From a virus (taxonomy: Duplodnaviria; Caudoviricetes), in the IMG/VR virus record IMGVR_UViG_3300005282_000001, positions 12,576-76,575 of that record: a stretch of 64,000 nucleotides of DNA. One strand, given 5' to 3'. Each line of letters opens with the position of its first letter. Within the stretch, counting starts at the first letter, position 1. The notes beneath the pieces were generated by a model. That model searched no databases and had not been told where the DNA came from. It was given only the letters and a program-made list of their open reading frames with translations. Position numbers and translations under genes: made by a program. Of this stretch, positions 1 through 9,573 are shown piece after piece.

Positions 1-2
1 GT

Positions 3-3000
3 CTCCACTGCCATACCGACCAGAGCCTCCTAGACGGGTACGAAACGATCCAAGAGCTCGTAGGGCGTGCAAAGGAACTTGGGTATCCAGCAGTAGGCTT
101 ATCGGACCATGGGACAATGCGAGGGGTTGTCAAGTTTTACAAGGAGTGCCAAGCAGCCGGAGTGAAACCTATTGTTGGTTGCGAGTTTTACTTTTGCCCC
201 GATGTGACAATCAAGAGTAAGAACTATCACTTACTTTTGTTCGCTATGGATAACACAGGATACATGAACTTGAAACTGCTGGATTCCTTTGCATATCGTG
301 AGGAGAACTTCCACAATCGCCCAAGGATTGACGAGGATATCCTGCGGGAACATAGCGAAGGCATTGTATGCCTAACAGCTTGTATGGCGTCTATTGTGAA
401 TACTGAAGTTGGTGAAGAGTGGCTGCTGAAATTTAAGGATATCTTTGGCGACCGCCTATTCGCTGAGATTCAACCGTTGAACCTTGAGAAACAGCAGGTA
501 TACAATGGTAAAGTCGTGGAACTCGCAAGGAAACATGGGGTTCCATTAGTAGTTACCACAGATGCTCATTACGCTCGCAAGGAAGATGAAAAGTATCACC
601 AGGCGTGGACTATGATTCATGGGTTCCGCTATGATGACTATGAGAATTACTTATGGAGCGAAGAGGAAATCAGAAGTACCTCATGGATTCCTAAAGACAC
701 CATAGAGGAAGCAATAGGAAATACGCAACGAATCGCTGATATGTGTAATGTTACCATAGAAGTTGAAGGGAATCACTTTCCTAAGTATCCTGTAGAGAAT
801 GCGGTGGAAAAAGTTAAGGAAATCTGTAGAGAAAACTTTAGAGAACTAGTGCCACAAGGGAAATACAAGGAATATGGTGAGAGGTTCCATGATGAACTTA
901 GGGTACTCGAAAAGTTAGACTACTTGAATTACATGTTAATCGTATGGGACCTTATGGAATGGTGCAAGAACAATAGTATACCCACTGGTTATGGCAGAGG
1001 AAGTGCCAGTGGTTCACTTGTTGGATATCTTATGAGATTACACAAGATTGACCCTATAAAGTACGGAGTTGAGTTCTTTAGATTTGCTAATGAGTTCAGA
1101 AAAACCACGGCCGACATAGATTCAGATGTTTCCCGTAGACATCGCGGGGAAATTATAGAGTACGTTAAGAAACGCTATGGAACAGTTACCAAGGTTCAAA
1201 CTTTAGGGTATACTAAAAATCCCGAGAAGAATGATGTAGGTAAAGCAGCGGTACTTAAGGCTGTTCAGAGTCTTGGTGAGTTTGAGAAGGAATCCACAGG
1301 AGAAAAAGAAGCATTCATATGGACTCGTAAGAAAGCTATGGTAATTACAAAGAATCTACAAGAATCTCTTGAGGAAATCCTTACGATCCCATCAGAGTTT
1401 ACGCAAGAGCAACGTGAGGAACTGCTAGATATCGCAACACATTTCTTAGGGCGTGTGGTTATGACAGGTTGCCATGCAAGTGCTGTAGTTGTTACTCCAG
1501 ATGCCATAGAAAACTATTGTCCTGTTGAGGGAGCAAAAGTTCGTGATGCATCTACTGGAGAAACAACTTATACTTCTATGGCTGGCTATGAATACCACAC
1601 AGTTGAAGAAATGGGACTTATGAAACTTGATATACTTGGGTTGAATACTTTGGATATCATTGATGATGCCGTAAAGTACATTAAGGAGTTCCAAGGGATT
1701 GATGTGGATATTGACAAGATTATATTTGATGATCCAAAGGTGTTCGCAGAGTACGCAGCGGGAGAAACTACAGGGTTCTTCCAGATGGAATCATCAGGTA
1801 TGCGTAAGTTAGCTAAGGATATGAATGTATCAAGCTTTAAGGATACTTCTGCACTCGTGGCGTTGTTCCGTCCAGGCCCACTTGGTTCTGGTATGGCTCA
1901 ACAGTATGTCGATGGTAAAAATGGGGTAGAAATAAAGTATCCCAATGAAGCTATGAAGAAACACACGGAAGAAACATTTGGGGTTCTTGTGTATCAAGAG
2001 CAGATCATGAAGGTTGCTATGGATATGTGCGGATGGGACTTAGGGCAAGCAGATACTCTTAGGAAAATCATAGGACGCAAGGAAGTCACTAAGATAAATG
2101 AGATAACAGAACAATTCATTGTGGATTCTGTGAAGAATGGCGAAGATGAATCAGTTGCAAAAAAAGTAGCGGAACAAATAAAATCTGCTGGTAACTATGT
2201 TTTTAATAGATGTTTAAGCGGCAGAGAAACTATAAAACGCCAGACAATGAATGGTAGGTTCATGTCAATTGGTGAAATTTATAAAACTATGTATGATAAG
2301 CAGTGGGCTAAAGAGAATGGACATGCTGACTTACATTCCAAATACAAGAGGAACGGTTATGGCGGCGGATTATCAATGATTGATGGGAAGATACTTCCGA
2401 ATAAAATAGTTGACATAAGGTACACAGGAGAAATGGAAGTATACTTAGTGACTACAGAAACTGGTAAGAAACTAAGATGCACTATGAATCATAAGATACC
2501 AACGCCAAATGGTATAAAACAACTGTCAGAAATATCAGTTGGAGAACTTTTGTATGTCGATGGTGGCTATGATGCTTCTAAGAATAACTATAATTTGTAT
2601 TCTGAGTTAATGCCAGTGAACGCCGAAGTTGGACATGCCGGATTCACAAATAGACCAAATGGTAACTCAGTTAAGTTTGCAGACGCTAGATATTTTATGA
2701 AGAACATGATGGCTCCATGTGAACGCTGCGGTAAAATCTCTGGTTACAAAGCTGGATTTGAGTTACATCATATTGACAAGGATCGCGAGAATAATTCCAA
2801 TGAAAACCTCATGTGGTTATGCAATGGTTGTCACAAGAAGGAACATTACGCAAACGGTAGAACCAAAAGAGGCGAAAAGGGGCATTTGCTAGCAACAGAA
2901 TCAATAGTATCTATAGAGTACGAATGTACTGAAGATTGCTATGATGTTGAAATGGAAGCTCCTAATCACAACTTTGTTACAGGCGGAGGAATTATAGTAT

Positions 3001-3851
3001 GTAATTGTCACGCTGTAAGTTACTCAGCAGTTTCCTACATTACTGCTTATCTCAAGACATATTACCCAAGAGAGTACCTGTGTGCTACCTTGAACTCCAA
3101 GGATGACCAAAAGAAAATCATACCATACGTCAATGAACTCAAGCGTCTTAAGATTCCCTTGTATCCACCAGACTTATCCATAGGAAACCGCAGATGGACA
3201 TTAGAATCTGATGGTATCCGCGTGGGACTTGAGTATATCAGCGGAGTTGGCAAGAATCTCAAGACAGAGCATGTGGATACATTTGAATCCGTAGTGGAAT
3301 CCAACACGAAAACTTGTGTAATCCCATGTATCAAAGCAGGTGCCTTAGATTACCTTGGGTTATCACGTGCGGTTATGCTTGCGAAGTTCGCTGGTACACA
3401 AGAGAGTCTCAAGAGGGTACAGCAGTGCCAAGAGAAGATACAGCAGTACACAGGTGACCCTAAGAAGCTTAAGAACCTTCAGCAGTGGCAAGAGAAACTT
3501 AAGGATGCTCAAGAGATTCAGCAGGTCACTCCTGAGAAATACGATGTGACTGCTGGTGAGTGCGAAGTGTTATCCTTTAGTTTTCATGAGATTCCAAAGG
3601 TAAAAACTGGTGTAGTTACAAATGTGTTCACAAAGAATGATAAGAATTCACGAGAAATGGGATGGATTACCTTCAGTACAAACTATGGGGAATTCAGATG
3701 TACTGTATTTGCAGACGGATGGGAGCGTGTGGGTGCTCATGTAAAGCAAGGGGAATCATATAAGTTTGTCGTGAATGACAAGGGGATTCTTGAGGAATTA
3801 CAAGTGGATGGTAAGGTAATCAAAGTAAACGAAAGAAGGTACAAGAGATGA
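3..3851 (+). CDS. dnaE: DNA polymerase III alpha subunit (PHP + Pol III catalytic + short OB fold), 5'-truncated by the window edge, intein-containing
   Basis: The frame is open upstream of the listed ATG 117 and reads LHCHTDQSLLDG...SDHG (PHP start). It also has GYGRGSASGSLVGY, DIDSD, KLDILGL, GFFQMES, LVALFRPGP, GVLVYQEQIM and FNR-[intein]-CHAVSYS. Confidence 0.97.
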   Translation, partial: LHCHTDQSLLDGYETIQELVGRAKELGYPAVGLSDHGTMRGVVKFYKECQAAGVKPIVGCEFYFCPDVTIKSKNYHLLLFAMDNTGYMNLKLLDSFAYREENFHNRPRIDEDILREHSEGIVCLTACMASIVNTEVGEEWLLKFKDIFGDRLFAEIQPLNLEKQQVYNGKVVELARKHGVPLVVTTDAHYARKEDEKYHQAWTMIHGFRYDDYENYLWSEEEIRSTSWIPKDTIEEAIGNTQRIADMCNVTIEVEGNHFPKYPVENAVEKVKEICRENFRELVPQGKYKEYGERFHDELRVLEKLDYLNYMLIVWDLMEWCKNNSIPTGYGRGSASGSLVGYLMRLHKIDPIKYGVEFFRFANEFRKTTADIDSDVSRRHRGEIIEYVKKRYGTVTKVQTLGYTKNPEKNDVGKAAVLKAVQSLGEFEKESTGEKEAFIWTRKKAMVITKNLQESLEEILTIPSEFTQEQREELLDIATHFLGRVVMTGCHASAVVVTPDAIENYCPVEGAKVRDASTGETTYTSMAGYEYHTVEEMGLMKLDILGLNTLDIIDDAVKYIKEFQGIDVDIDKIIFDDPKVFAEYAAGETTGFFQMESSGMRKLAKDMNVSSFKDTSALVALFRPGPLGSGMAQQYVDGKNGVEIKYPNEAMKKHTEETFGVLVYQEQIMKVAMDMCGWDLGQADTLRKIIGRKEVTKINEITEQFIVDSVKNGEDESVAKKVAEQIKSAGNYVFNRCLSGRETIKRQTMNGRFMSIGEIYKTMYDKQWAKENGHADLHSKYKRNGYGGGLSMIDGKILPNKIVDIRYTGEMEVYLVTTETGKKLRCTMNHKIPTPNGIKQLSEISVGELLYVDGGYDASKNNYNLYSELMPVNAEVGHAGFTNRPNGNSVKFADARYFMKNMMAPCERCGKISGYKAGFELHHIDKDRENNSNENLMWLCNGCHKKEHYANGRTKRGEKGHLLATESIVSIEYECTEDCYDVEMEAPNHNFVTGGGIIVCNCHAVSYSAVSYITAYLKTYYPREYLCATLNSKDDQKKIIPYVNELKRLKIPLYPPDLSIGNRRWTLESDGIRVGLEYISGVGKNLKTEHVDTFESVVESNTKTCVIPCIKAGALDYLGLSRAVMLAKFAGTQESLKRVQQCQEKIQQYTGDPKKLKNLQQWQEKLKDAQEIQQVTPEKYDVTAGECEVLSFSFHEIPKVKTGVVTNVFTKNDKNSREMGWITFSTNYGEFRCTVFADGWERVGAHVKQGESYKFVVNDKGILEELQVDGKVIKVNERRYKR
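2211..3005 (+). mobile_element. Intein (265 aa) with HNH endonuclease in DnaE
   Basis: Starts CLSGRE after YVFNR, has TMNH block B, HNH motif CERCG...ELHHIDKDRENNSNENLMWLCNGCHKKEH, and ends HNFVTGGGIIVCN followed by Cys. Removal restores FNRCHA, equivalent to the FNKSHS motif of DnaE. Confidence 0.93.
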
Positions 3852-4525
3852 AATTTAAGGTTGGCGATGGAATTCGTATGGTAGAAAAGTACTGCGCAGC
3901 AGACAAAGGGATGATTGGAGAGATTAGAGGTGAATATGATGGATACAATGAGTATTGTGTATTCTTTCCACAGATGCTTAAGAAAAGCTATGGACACGAT
4001 TGCGATGGAGTGACTCCCGAGGGCGGCGGATACTACATTCCAGAGGATTGCATGGAGTTACTAGAGGAAACGCAAGAACAACCTTTAATACCAGTTGTTT
4101 CACTAGTGTCCCAGTTATCCCCTATTATACGCTTTGAATCACAGCAGCAACTTGAGGAATCACTTGCGGAATGGCAGAGCAGACTGTTGTTATCTGACTG
4201 GCTTATCATGGTAAAACTAGTTAATCCAGAGGAACTTGAGAAAGATGGAAAACTTATGGCTGGATTCAACAATTCTGAAGAAGTTCTTATGTCATCTGAG
4301 ATATCAATTGCGGACGGCGAGTTTCCCAATAGTGTAACCAAGGCGTGTGCAGAGGAAACTTTGATACATGAGTTGTTACATTTGAAATTACCAATGTTTA
4401 TCGTTGATGGATCTATTGAATCCTGCATGTATAATGATGGAGTTCATGCGACCATTGAGCAGCTCGCAAAGAGTCTATTGATGGCTAAGTATAACTTAAG
4501 TCTCTCATGGTTCAAAAACTTTTAA
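3848..4525 (+). CDS. Hypothetical protein: N-terminal module shared with 5337 ORF plus C-terminal HEXXH metallopeptidase-like domain
   Basis: EETLIHELLHL motif; first ~72 aa clearly similar to the N-terminus of 5337..6425. Confidence 0.7.
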   Translation: MKFKVGDGIRMVEKYCAADKGMIGEIRGEYDGYNEYCVFFPQMLKKSYGHDCDGVTPEGGGYYIPEDCMELLEETQEQPLIPVVSLVSQLSPIIRFESQQQLEESLAEWQSRLLLSDWLIMVKLVNPEELEKDGKLMAGFNNSEEVLMSSEISIADGEFPNSVTKACAEETLIHELLHLKLPMFIVDGSIESCMYNDGVHATIEQLAKSLLMAKYNLSLSWFKNF

Positions 4526-4533
4526 GAAATCGC

Positions 4534-4563
4534 TTGACAGTCGCAAGAAACCTGTGGTACACT
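4534..4563 (+). promoter_or_regulatory. Sigma-A-type promoter upstream of SSB
   Basis: TTGACA (4534-4539), 18-nt spacer, TG-extended TACACT (4558-4563). Confidence 0.75.
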
Positions 4564-4668
4564 AAGGAAGTCGAAAGGATGTGTTGTGGATGTCACGAGC
4601 GAGTCCGTGAGTGTTCATAGGATAAACTAAAGAAAACTAAAAAATACAAAAGATGGAGTGATGTATAC

Positions 4669-5241
4669 ATGGCAAATATCAAAGGTGTAGCAAAATGGCC
4701 AAAACTTGGAATTCCTAAGGACAACTATGATGAGTACAACAACAATGGCAAGAAAAACTATACAGTAGACTTGTATGTTACTGACGATGAACTTACGAAA
4801 TTCGAGAGTCAGTACCAAGCAGCATACGATACTATTGAAACGAATCCTAAGTATCAAAAGAATGGCAATCCACAAGAGTATCCTAAAGAAATGCTGTACA
4901 CACCTACAAGAGTTGATAAGGACGGTAAGAAGTTCATTAAATTCACCACTAAAGCATTCACAGACGATGGCGAACAGAAAACATTTCCATTGTTCGACTC
5001 TAAACTCGTGCCACTTGATAAACAAATGGCTAACGGGAGTGTCGTACAGGTAAACTATTCGCTCGCTGGTGTCCGTAACAATGTTAAAAATGCTGGGGTA
5101 TGCGCATATATGAACGCGATTTGCGTAGACAAACTTGTGGAATTCGGTAGCAAAGGTACACCAGATTCCTTTGGATTCGATGTGGAAGCCCCAGCGGATT
5201 CCTATGGATTCAGTGGTACTGAAGAAGAGAACCCAATCTGA
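4669..5241 (+). CDS. ssb: Single-stranded DNA-binding protein, T7 gp2.5-like
   Basis: AKWPKL, YTVDLYV, NGSVVQV...GVCAYMNAICV pattern, acidic C-terminal tail; replication context. Confidence 0.75.
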   Translation: MANIKGVAKWPKLGIPKDNYDEYNNNGKKNYTVDLYVTDDELTKFESQYQAAYDTIETNPKYQKNGNPQEYPKEMLYTPTRVDKDGKKFIKFTTKAFTDDGEQKTFPLFDSKLVPLDKQMANGSVVQVNYSLAGVRNNVKNAGVCAYMNAICVDKLVEFGSKGTPDSFGFDVEAPADSYGFSGTEEENPI

Positions 5242-5336
5242 TACATGGGAGTACATTTGTATTCCCATTGGGTGACAAAAGAAAACAAGCGGTTACGCAA
5301 GACGTAACGGACGACTGAAAGGAGTAGGGTAAACAA

Positions 5337-6425
5337 ATGAAATTCAAGAAAAATGATAATATTTGCATGGTAAAAACATATGATGCAGCAGATGAAGGAA
5401 TGATAGGAGAAATTAGAGGATACAAAAACAGTACTAAAGAGTATTGCGTGTTCTTCTCAGAAATGCTTAGGGGTGGCTATGGTCACAGATGTGGCGGGGT
5501 GATTCCTGAAGGTGGTGGACATTACATCCCAGAGGATTACATGGAGTTACCCATGACATTCCCACAGAAACTTGAGAAGTTCAAAAGAGAACGTGTGGGA
5601 TTCCATGTGGATACCAAAGAGATTGCTGATGAGTTACAAAAGGTATTCGATAAGGGAAAACTTAAGATGCATAAAGATGTAACAAAAAGAGCATGGGAAA
5701 CATTTGGGAACACAGGGAAACTATACGTTTCTTATAACTACTTCAATTATCCTAGGGTTGGCTTTGGATTATGTAATAGGACTGGAGTGAACCTCGACGA
5801 AATACTGCCGATTACCCTAGAGGAACTCAAGGAATACAATGGCCACCAGCAGACTACCATCACAATTACTTCCGATGGATACCATAGAGTTACCGCAGAA
5901 TCCAATGGTAAAACAGCAGAAGCCTTATGTAATCCAACGGATACATTTGATTTGGCTGAAGGAGCTAAGTTGGCAACCCAGCGGTTAACTGAGGAAGAAC
6001 CTAAGAAAGCAGATAAATTACCTAAGTTTTCCGTTGGAGACACTGTAGAGGTTATCAATGGTGGGCCAAATAATACTCCCGTGGAATCCAAAGGGATGCG
6101 AGGAAAAGTTACTTTGGCAGACAGTGAATATATCAGAGTTAGATTTGATAAACCAATGAGCAACTCATATGTGACGATAACTGATTTCTCATATTATCCT
6201 CAGGACCTCAAGTTAGTTCCCAAGGATGAACCTATGTTTCACAAAGGTGATCTTGTGGAAGTCATCGGAGAAAGTTCTCATACGAAGGGTTCAATCGGAC
6301 TACAAGGGGTTGTTATGGAAGACGATGCCTTTCCATTTGTTACATTAGTGACCAAGGTAAACGGGAGTAATTGTTGGTCATATCGTCAGGGAAATCTTAA
6401 GCTTATCCGTAGAGCTAACGACTGA
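5337..6425 (+). CDS. Modular hypothetical protein (modules A-B-C-D-D; D is KOW/SH3-like)
   Basis: Shares blocks with 3848, 7439 and 14224 ORFs; repeated KFxxGDxVEV motifs. Confidence 0.7.
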   Translation: MKFKKNDNICMVKTYDAADEGMIGEIRGYKNSTKEYCVFFSEMLRGGYGHRCGGVIPEGGGHYIPEDYMELPMTFPQKLEKFKRERVGFHVDTKEIADELQKVFDKGKLKMHKDVTKRAWETFGNTGKLYVSYNYFNYPRVGFGLCNRTGVNLDEILPITLEELKEYNGHQQTTITITSDGYHRVTAESNGKTAEALCNPTDTFDLAEGAKLATQRLTEEEPKKADKLPKFSVGDTVEVINGGPNNTPVESKGMRGKVTLADSEYIRVRFDKPMSNSYVTITDFSYYPQDLKLVPKDEPMFHKGDLVEVIGESSHTKGSIGLQGVVMEDDAFPFVTLVTKVNGSNCWSYRQGNLKLIRRAND

Positions 6426-6463
6426 GGTTCACTGGAAAACTTCTGATATCTTTTCTGCTTCCC

Positions 6464-6874
6464 ATGAGTACTCTGGGGCACACGTATTATGACTTAGGAC
6501 CAATCATAAGCTACCCTACTGAAATACGCTCAGAGACGCTTGTAGGAACTGTAGAAGAAACTGATGCTGCACAAGATAAGTACCATAAATATAGAGAAGT
6601 AGCTATGGAGGTTTCTTATTATACAAATAACGATGAAGGAATGGATGGACGTGGGATAACAGCGATGGGAACAATGACAACTCAGGGACGAACTATAGCT
6701 ATGTCTACTCAGTATGAACTAGGGACACGAATAATTATTGATGGACACGAATATGTTAATGAAGATACAGGCTCCTATATTGTAGGCAACAGAGTAGATA
6801 TATATGTGGAAGATAAAGAGACCGCTTATAGACTTGGGAGAGTTACAAAAATAGTTAAAGTGGAGAGCGATTAA
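6464..6874 (+). CDS. 3D (Asp-Asp-Asp) domain cell-wall-active protein
   Basis: EVSYYT, GITAMG, TIAMS, LGTRIIIDG, EDTGSYIVGNRVDIYV. The frame is open back to CTG 6422, which would add a signal-peptide-like RFTGKLLISFLLP. Confidence 0.85.
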   Translation: MSTLGHTYYDLGPIISYPTEIRSETLVGTVEETDAAQDKYHKYREVAMEVSYYTNNDEGMDGRGITAMGTMTTQGRTIAMSTQYELGTRIIIDGHEYVNEDTGSYIVGNRVDIYVEDKETAYRLGRVTKIVKVESD

Positions 6875-6875
6875 C

Positions 6876-7367
6876 ATGGGAAAGTTAAAAGATTTAACTG
6901 GAATCAAGATTAACAGACTAACAGTATTAAAAAGAGTGGAAAACGATATAAATAATAATACAAGATGGCTATGTAAATGTGACTGTGGAAATGAAGTAGT
7001 TGTAATCGGCGATAACCTTAGAAGGGGTACTACAAAGTCGTGCGGATGTTACAATAGAGAAGTTGTGTCAAAAGCTAGGTATAAACATGGGCACAGTGAC
7101 CCTAGTAATAAAACATATAATAGCTGGAGAGCAATGATCCAAAGGTGTGACAATCCGAAGAACAATAGGTTTTTTGCATATGGCGGAAGAGGAATAAGAG
7201 TTTGCCAAGAATGGTATGAGTTTGAGAACTTCTTGGCAGATATGGGAGAAAGGTCTGACGGTAAGTCTATTGATCGTATTAATGTTGATTTGAATTATTG
7301 CAAAAGCAACTGTAAATGGTCAACTCCTAAGGAACAAGCTAATAATAGAAGAAATTCAAAAAGATAA
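6876..7367 (+). CDS. Free-standing HNH homing endonuclease
   Basis: WLCKCDCG...KSCGC, YNSWRAMIQRC, YGGRGI, SIDRINVDLNYCKSNCKW. Confidence 0.9.
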   Translation: MGKLKDLTGIKINRLTVLKRVENDINNNTRWLCKCDCGNEVVVIGDNLRRGTTKSCGCYNREVVSKARYKHGHSDPSNKTYNSWRAMIQRCDNPKNNRFFAYGGRGIRVCQEWYEFENFLADMGERSDGKSIDRINVDLNYCKSNCKWSTPKEQANNRRNSKR

Positions 7368-7452
7368 TCGCATAGATATTTATATGGAAAACAAAAGAGA
7401 TGCTGATGAATTCGGCAGAAAATATATGGAGGTGTCTTATGACATTCGCTGA
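7366..7452 (+). pseudogene. Orphaned second copy of the 3D gene 3' end
   Basis: Reads NRIDIYMENKRDADEFGRKYMEVSYDIR* versus NRVDIYVEDKETAYRLGR at 6788-6841. Confidence 0.8.
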
Positions 7453-8365
7453 TAAACTAAAGAAATTCAAAAGTGAACGTGTGGGGTTCAAGGTAGAAAC
7501 TGAGGAAATCGCTAAGGGGTTGGCTGAGGTATTTCAGATGGAGGGATTATTATCATCCATCGGTCTTTCTCCAGTCGAACTAATGAATGTTGCGTGGGAA
7601 GAATACAGTAATGATGACCTATGGGTAGCTGCTAATTATCCTGGAGATACTGTGGAATTGTCTTATGGTACCTGTAAAAAATCTGGAAAGTATCTCGACA
7701 GTATCCTATCTGTTACTTCTCAAGAACTCCAGCGATATCTTAAGATTCGCAAGGGAATCCAAGAGAATCCAGAAGTATACTTCCCAACGCCCACAAAAGA
7801 AATTTATGATGAGCTAATGAATACGCTGGATAGCCTGGGGTGCCTGTGGATGTGCGGAGAAAAACCTATGGAGTACAATGGGTTCACTAGTGATCATAAG
7901 ATTTGCGTAAGGTACTCAACAGATATCATGATAGATGGTTATGATGCTGGCAAAGACAATATCATCAGTCTTACCTCAGAACCCCCTACGCCATCCCAAA
8001 CGATTACAATTGTATCTGATGGATATCACAAGGTAACAGCAGAATCCAATGGAATTACCGCAGAAGCTACATGCTGCCCAACAGATACGTTTAGTATCAC
8101 TAAGGGAACTCATATGGCATTGCAGAGATTACTTGAGAAACAGAAGAAAGCTGAAGAGAAGCCTAAGTTTAACAGAGGGGATATTGTAGAGGTAATCGTT
8201 GGGGGATTAGATGGGACTCCTAGTGCTACCACAGGGTTACAGGGGAAAGTTATGCAGACATCTATATTTCCAGAAGTGTTGTTCCCGATTACCATTGGAG
8301 CTAGAAACTTCTGGGCTTTCCGTCAAGATGTTCTCAAGCTTATCCGTAGAAAACCATGCAAGTAA
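7439..8365 (+). CDS. Modular hypothetical protein (modules B-B-C-D)
   Basis: GGAGGTG RBS before ATG 7439 (MTFADK); blocks similar to 5337 ORF. Confidence 0.7.
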   Translation: MTFADKLKKFKSERVGFKVETEEIAKGLAEVFQMEGLLSSIGLSPVELMNVAWEEYSNDDLWVAANYPGDTVELSYGTCKKSGKYLDSILSVTSQELQRYLKIRKGIQENPEVYFPTPTKEIYDELMNTLDSLGCLWMCGEKPMEYNGFTSDHKICVRYSTDIMIDGYDAGKDNIISLTSEPPTPSQTITIVSDGYHKVTAESNGITAEATCCPTDTFSITKGTHMALQRLLEKQKKAEEKPKFNRGDIVEVIVGGLDGTPSATTGLQGKVMQTSIFPEVLFPITIGARNFWAFRQDVLKLIRRKPCK

Positions 8366-8694
8366 CCCCAGAATCCTTAAGAACTCTAAAGCAATCACAG
8401 CAGGTGCAAAAGACTACATTGTTATTCTTTGAGAAAGCAGCGGAAAAACCAGCGTTTATACATGGGAAACCTACGAGCGGATTCTTTGCAGTTCGCTCGT
8501 TTTTCTCAAAGCAAACACTGGAATCTCTGCACCTTATCTTTGATTATCTATGGGAACTTAAGGAAAAACAAACGATGACCATGAGTGATTGCTTTGAGAA
8601 CGCAAGGAAATACCAAGAGGAACTACGGTGGGATAACAAGAGTGGAATAACAGTAGCTTATGAAGACTATAGAAAATTACTGGAGGATATGTGA
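8356..8694 (+). CDS. Hypothetical protein
   Basis: ORF overlapping both neighbours in operon style. Confidence 0.5.
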   Translation: MQVTPESLRTLKQSQQVQKTTLLFFEKAAEKPAFIHGKPTSGFFAVRSFFSKQTLESLHLIFDYLWELKEKQTMTMSDCFENARKYQEELRWDNKSGITVAYEDYRKLLEDM

Positions 8695-9560
8695 TGGAAT
8701 TTGAAAAGTATATGCATGTGGAACGCTTAGGGAAAGAAGATGTCGAAGGGATTACCAGTGGAACATGTTATGTATTTCCTAAGATTGACGGGACTAATGG
8801 GCAGATTTACATGGATAACGGTGAGTTACACTTTGGATCACGCAAGAGAGAATTAAGTATTACAAGTGATAACGCTGGATTCATGAATACTCTTAAGGAT
8901 GACAGCAGATATGTAGAGTATTTTAATAAGTATCCAGAGAGACGCTTGTATGGCGAGTGGTTAGTACCACATACTATCAAAGGTTATTCCGATAATGCAT
9001 GGAGAAAATTCTATGTATTCGATGTGGAATCAGAAGGGAAACTATTGGCATACAATGAGTATGTAGAGTCACTTAAGGAACTTGAGATAGACTATGTTCC
9101 TGTGCAGGTCATCCTAGAAAACCCTACAGATGAACAATTGAAAAAGCAAATGGAATCTAATGAGTTCCTTATGGACACTGGAATTGGCGAAGGAATTGTT
9201 GTGAAAAATTATGAATTCCATAACAAGTATGGGAATCAAGTATGGGGCAAAATGATTTCTGCTGAATTTAAGGTTAAACATAAGTTACCAAGCAATTCTG
9301 AGGTAGTACCTATTGAATTTACATTTGTTGAACAGCTGTGTACTGAAGCGTTTGTTCAAAAGGAATTCGCTAAGGTTTGCATTGATGAACCATGGGAACA
9401 GAAGAAAATCCCTATGTTAATTTCTAAGGTATTTCATGAGTTAATCAATGAGGAACTATGGGATTTCTTAAAGAAGCATAAGAATCCAACGATTAACTTT
9501 AGAGTTCTGCAAGGTGCTGTGGTCGATAAGATTAAACTTAGTTTACCACAAGTATTCTAA
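8691..9560 (+). CDS. RNA ligase (Rnl2-like nucleotidyltransferase)
   Basis: Motif I KIDGTN, III LYGEW, IIIa FYVFDV, IV EGIVVK, V GKMIS. Confidence 0.8.
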   Translation: MMEFEKYMHVERLGKEDVEGITSGTCYVFPKIDGTNGQIYMDNGELHFGSRKRELSITSDNAGFMNTLKDDSRYVEYFNKYPERRLYGEWLVPHTIKGYSDNAWRKFYVFDVESEGKLLAYNEYVESLKELEIDYVPVQVILENPTDEQLKKQMESNEFLMDTGIGEGIVVKNYEFHNKYGNQVWGKMISAEFKVKHKLPSNSEVVPIEFTFVEQLCTEAFVQKEFAKVCIDEPWEQKKIPMLISKVFHELINEELWDFLKKHKNPTINFRVLQGAVVDKIKLSLPQVF

Positions 9561-9573
9561 GGGAGGTGATTAG

